Assembly (NCBI RefSeq): GCF_000485595.1
Contig: NW_014577067.1
Location: 374,564-427,483 of the forward strand
DNA from: Priapulus caudatus
Lineage: Eukaryota
DNA: 52,920 nt
Direction of reading: 5' to 3'
Below, piece after piece: positions 52,607 through 52,920 of this stretch. The notes below the pieces were generated by a model. The model saw nothing but the letters and a program-made list of their open reading frames with translations. It was not told the origin of the DNA and made no database searches. The position numbers were made by a program, and so were the translations under genes. Every line of letters starts with the position of its first letter. Within the stretch, counting starts at the first letter, position 1.

Positions 52607-52892
52607 CTATACGCACGGCGGCCGTGTAGATAAGATTCAATATGGCTATACGCACGGCGGCCGTGTGGCGGACTCAATATGGCTATACGCACGGCGGCCG
52701 TGTGGATAAGATTCAATATGGCTATACGCACGGCGGCCGTGTGGCCAACTCAATATGGCTATACGCACGGCGGCCGCGTGGATAAGATTCAATATGGCTA
52801 TACGCACGGCGGCCGTATGGCCGACTCAATATGGCTATACGCACGGCGGCCGTGTGGATAAGATTCAATATGGCTATACGCACGGCGGCCGT
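52607..52892. repeat. Tandem array of alternating 39- and 37-bp units (7.5 units), preceded by a (GTCAGTGACAGT)-type low-complexity tract 52443-52596
   Basis: CTATACGCACGGCGGCCGTGTGG-[ATAAGATT or CCGACT-like]-CAATATGG; unit starts 52607, 52646, 52683, 52722, 52759, 52798, 52835, 52874. Confidence 0.9.
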
Positions 52893-52920
52893 ATTAGTAG
52901 AGGTTCTAAGCACATGGAGT

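Noticed and set aside
52607..52892. CRISPR-like array (palindromic ~37-bp repeats)
   Set aside because: No unique spacers, no cas genes, eukaryotic intron context; it is a tandem repeat.

Overview
Eukaryotic (invertebrate animal, repeat landscape lophotrochozoan-like; inference) genomic DNA with five spliced housekeeping/ciliary genes that can be rebuilt exon by exon with canonical GT-AG sites and matching phases: ZDHHC3/7-like palmitoyltransferase (-, 1034-6800), CFAP95/C9orf135 (+, 7957-9532), KANSL1/NSL1 (-, 12811-32306), long-chain acyl-CoA dehydrogenase ACADL (-) and ALG5 (+). Introns are packed with non-autonomous DNA transposons (hAT-like, TTAA-flanked Kolobok-like, foldback, Helentron/HINE-like) and microsatellites. 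The first ~26 kb is collinear. The last ~27 kb is scrambled. Every exon of ACADL is present once and intact, but read along the minus strand the order is 1, 6, 7, 2, 3, 4, 5, then the KANSL1 promoter and first coding exon, then 8, 9. ALG5 exon 1, together with the ACADL/ALG5 bidirectional promoter, lies downstream of ALG5 exons 2-8. Three swaps of adjacent blocks restore all three genes and also rejoin transposon halves whose terminal inverted repeats are currently separated and facing outward. This is either a real unscrambling or trans-splicing system in an animal, a rearranged allele, or an assembly/processing artefact; sequence alone cannot decide.
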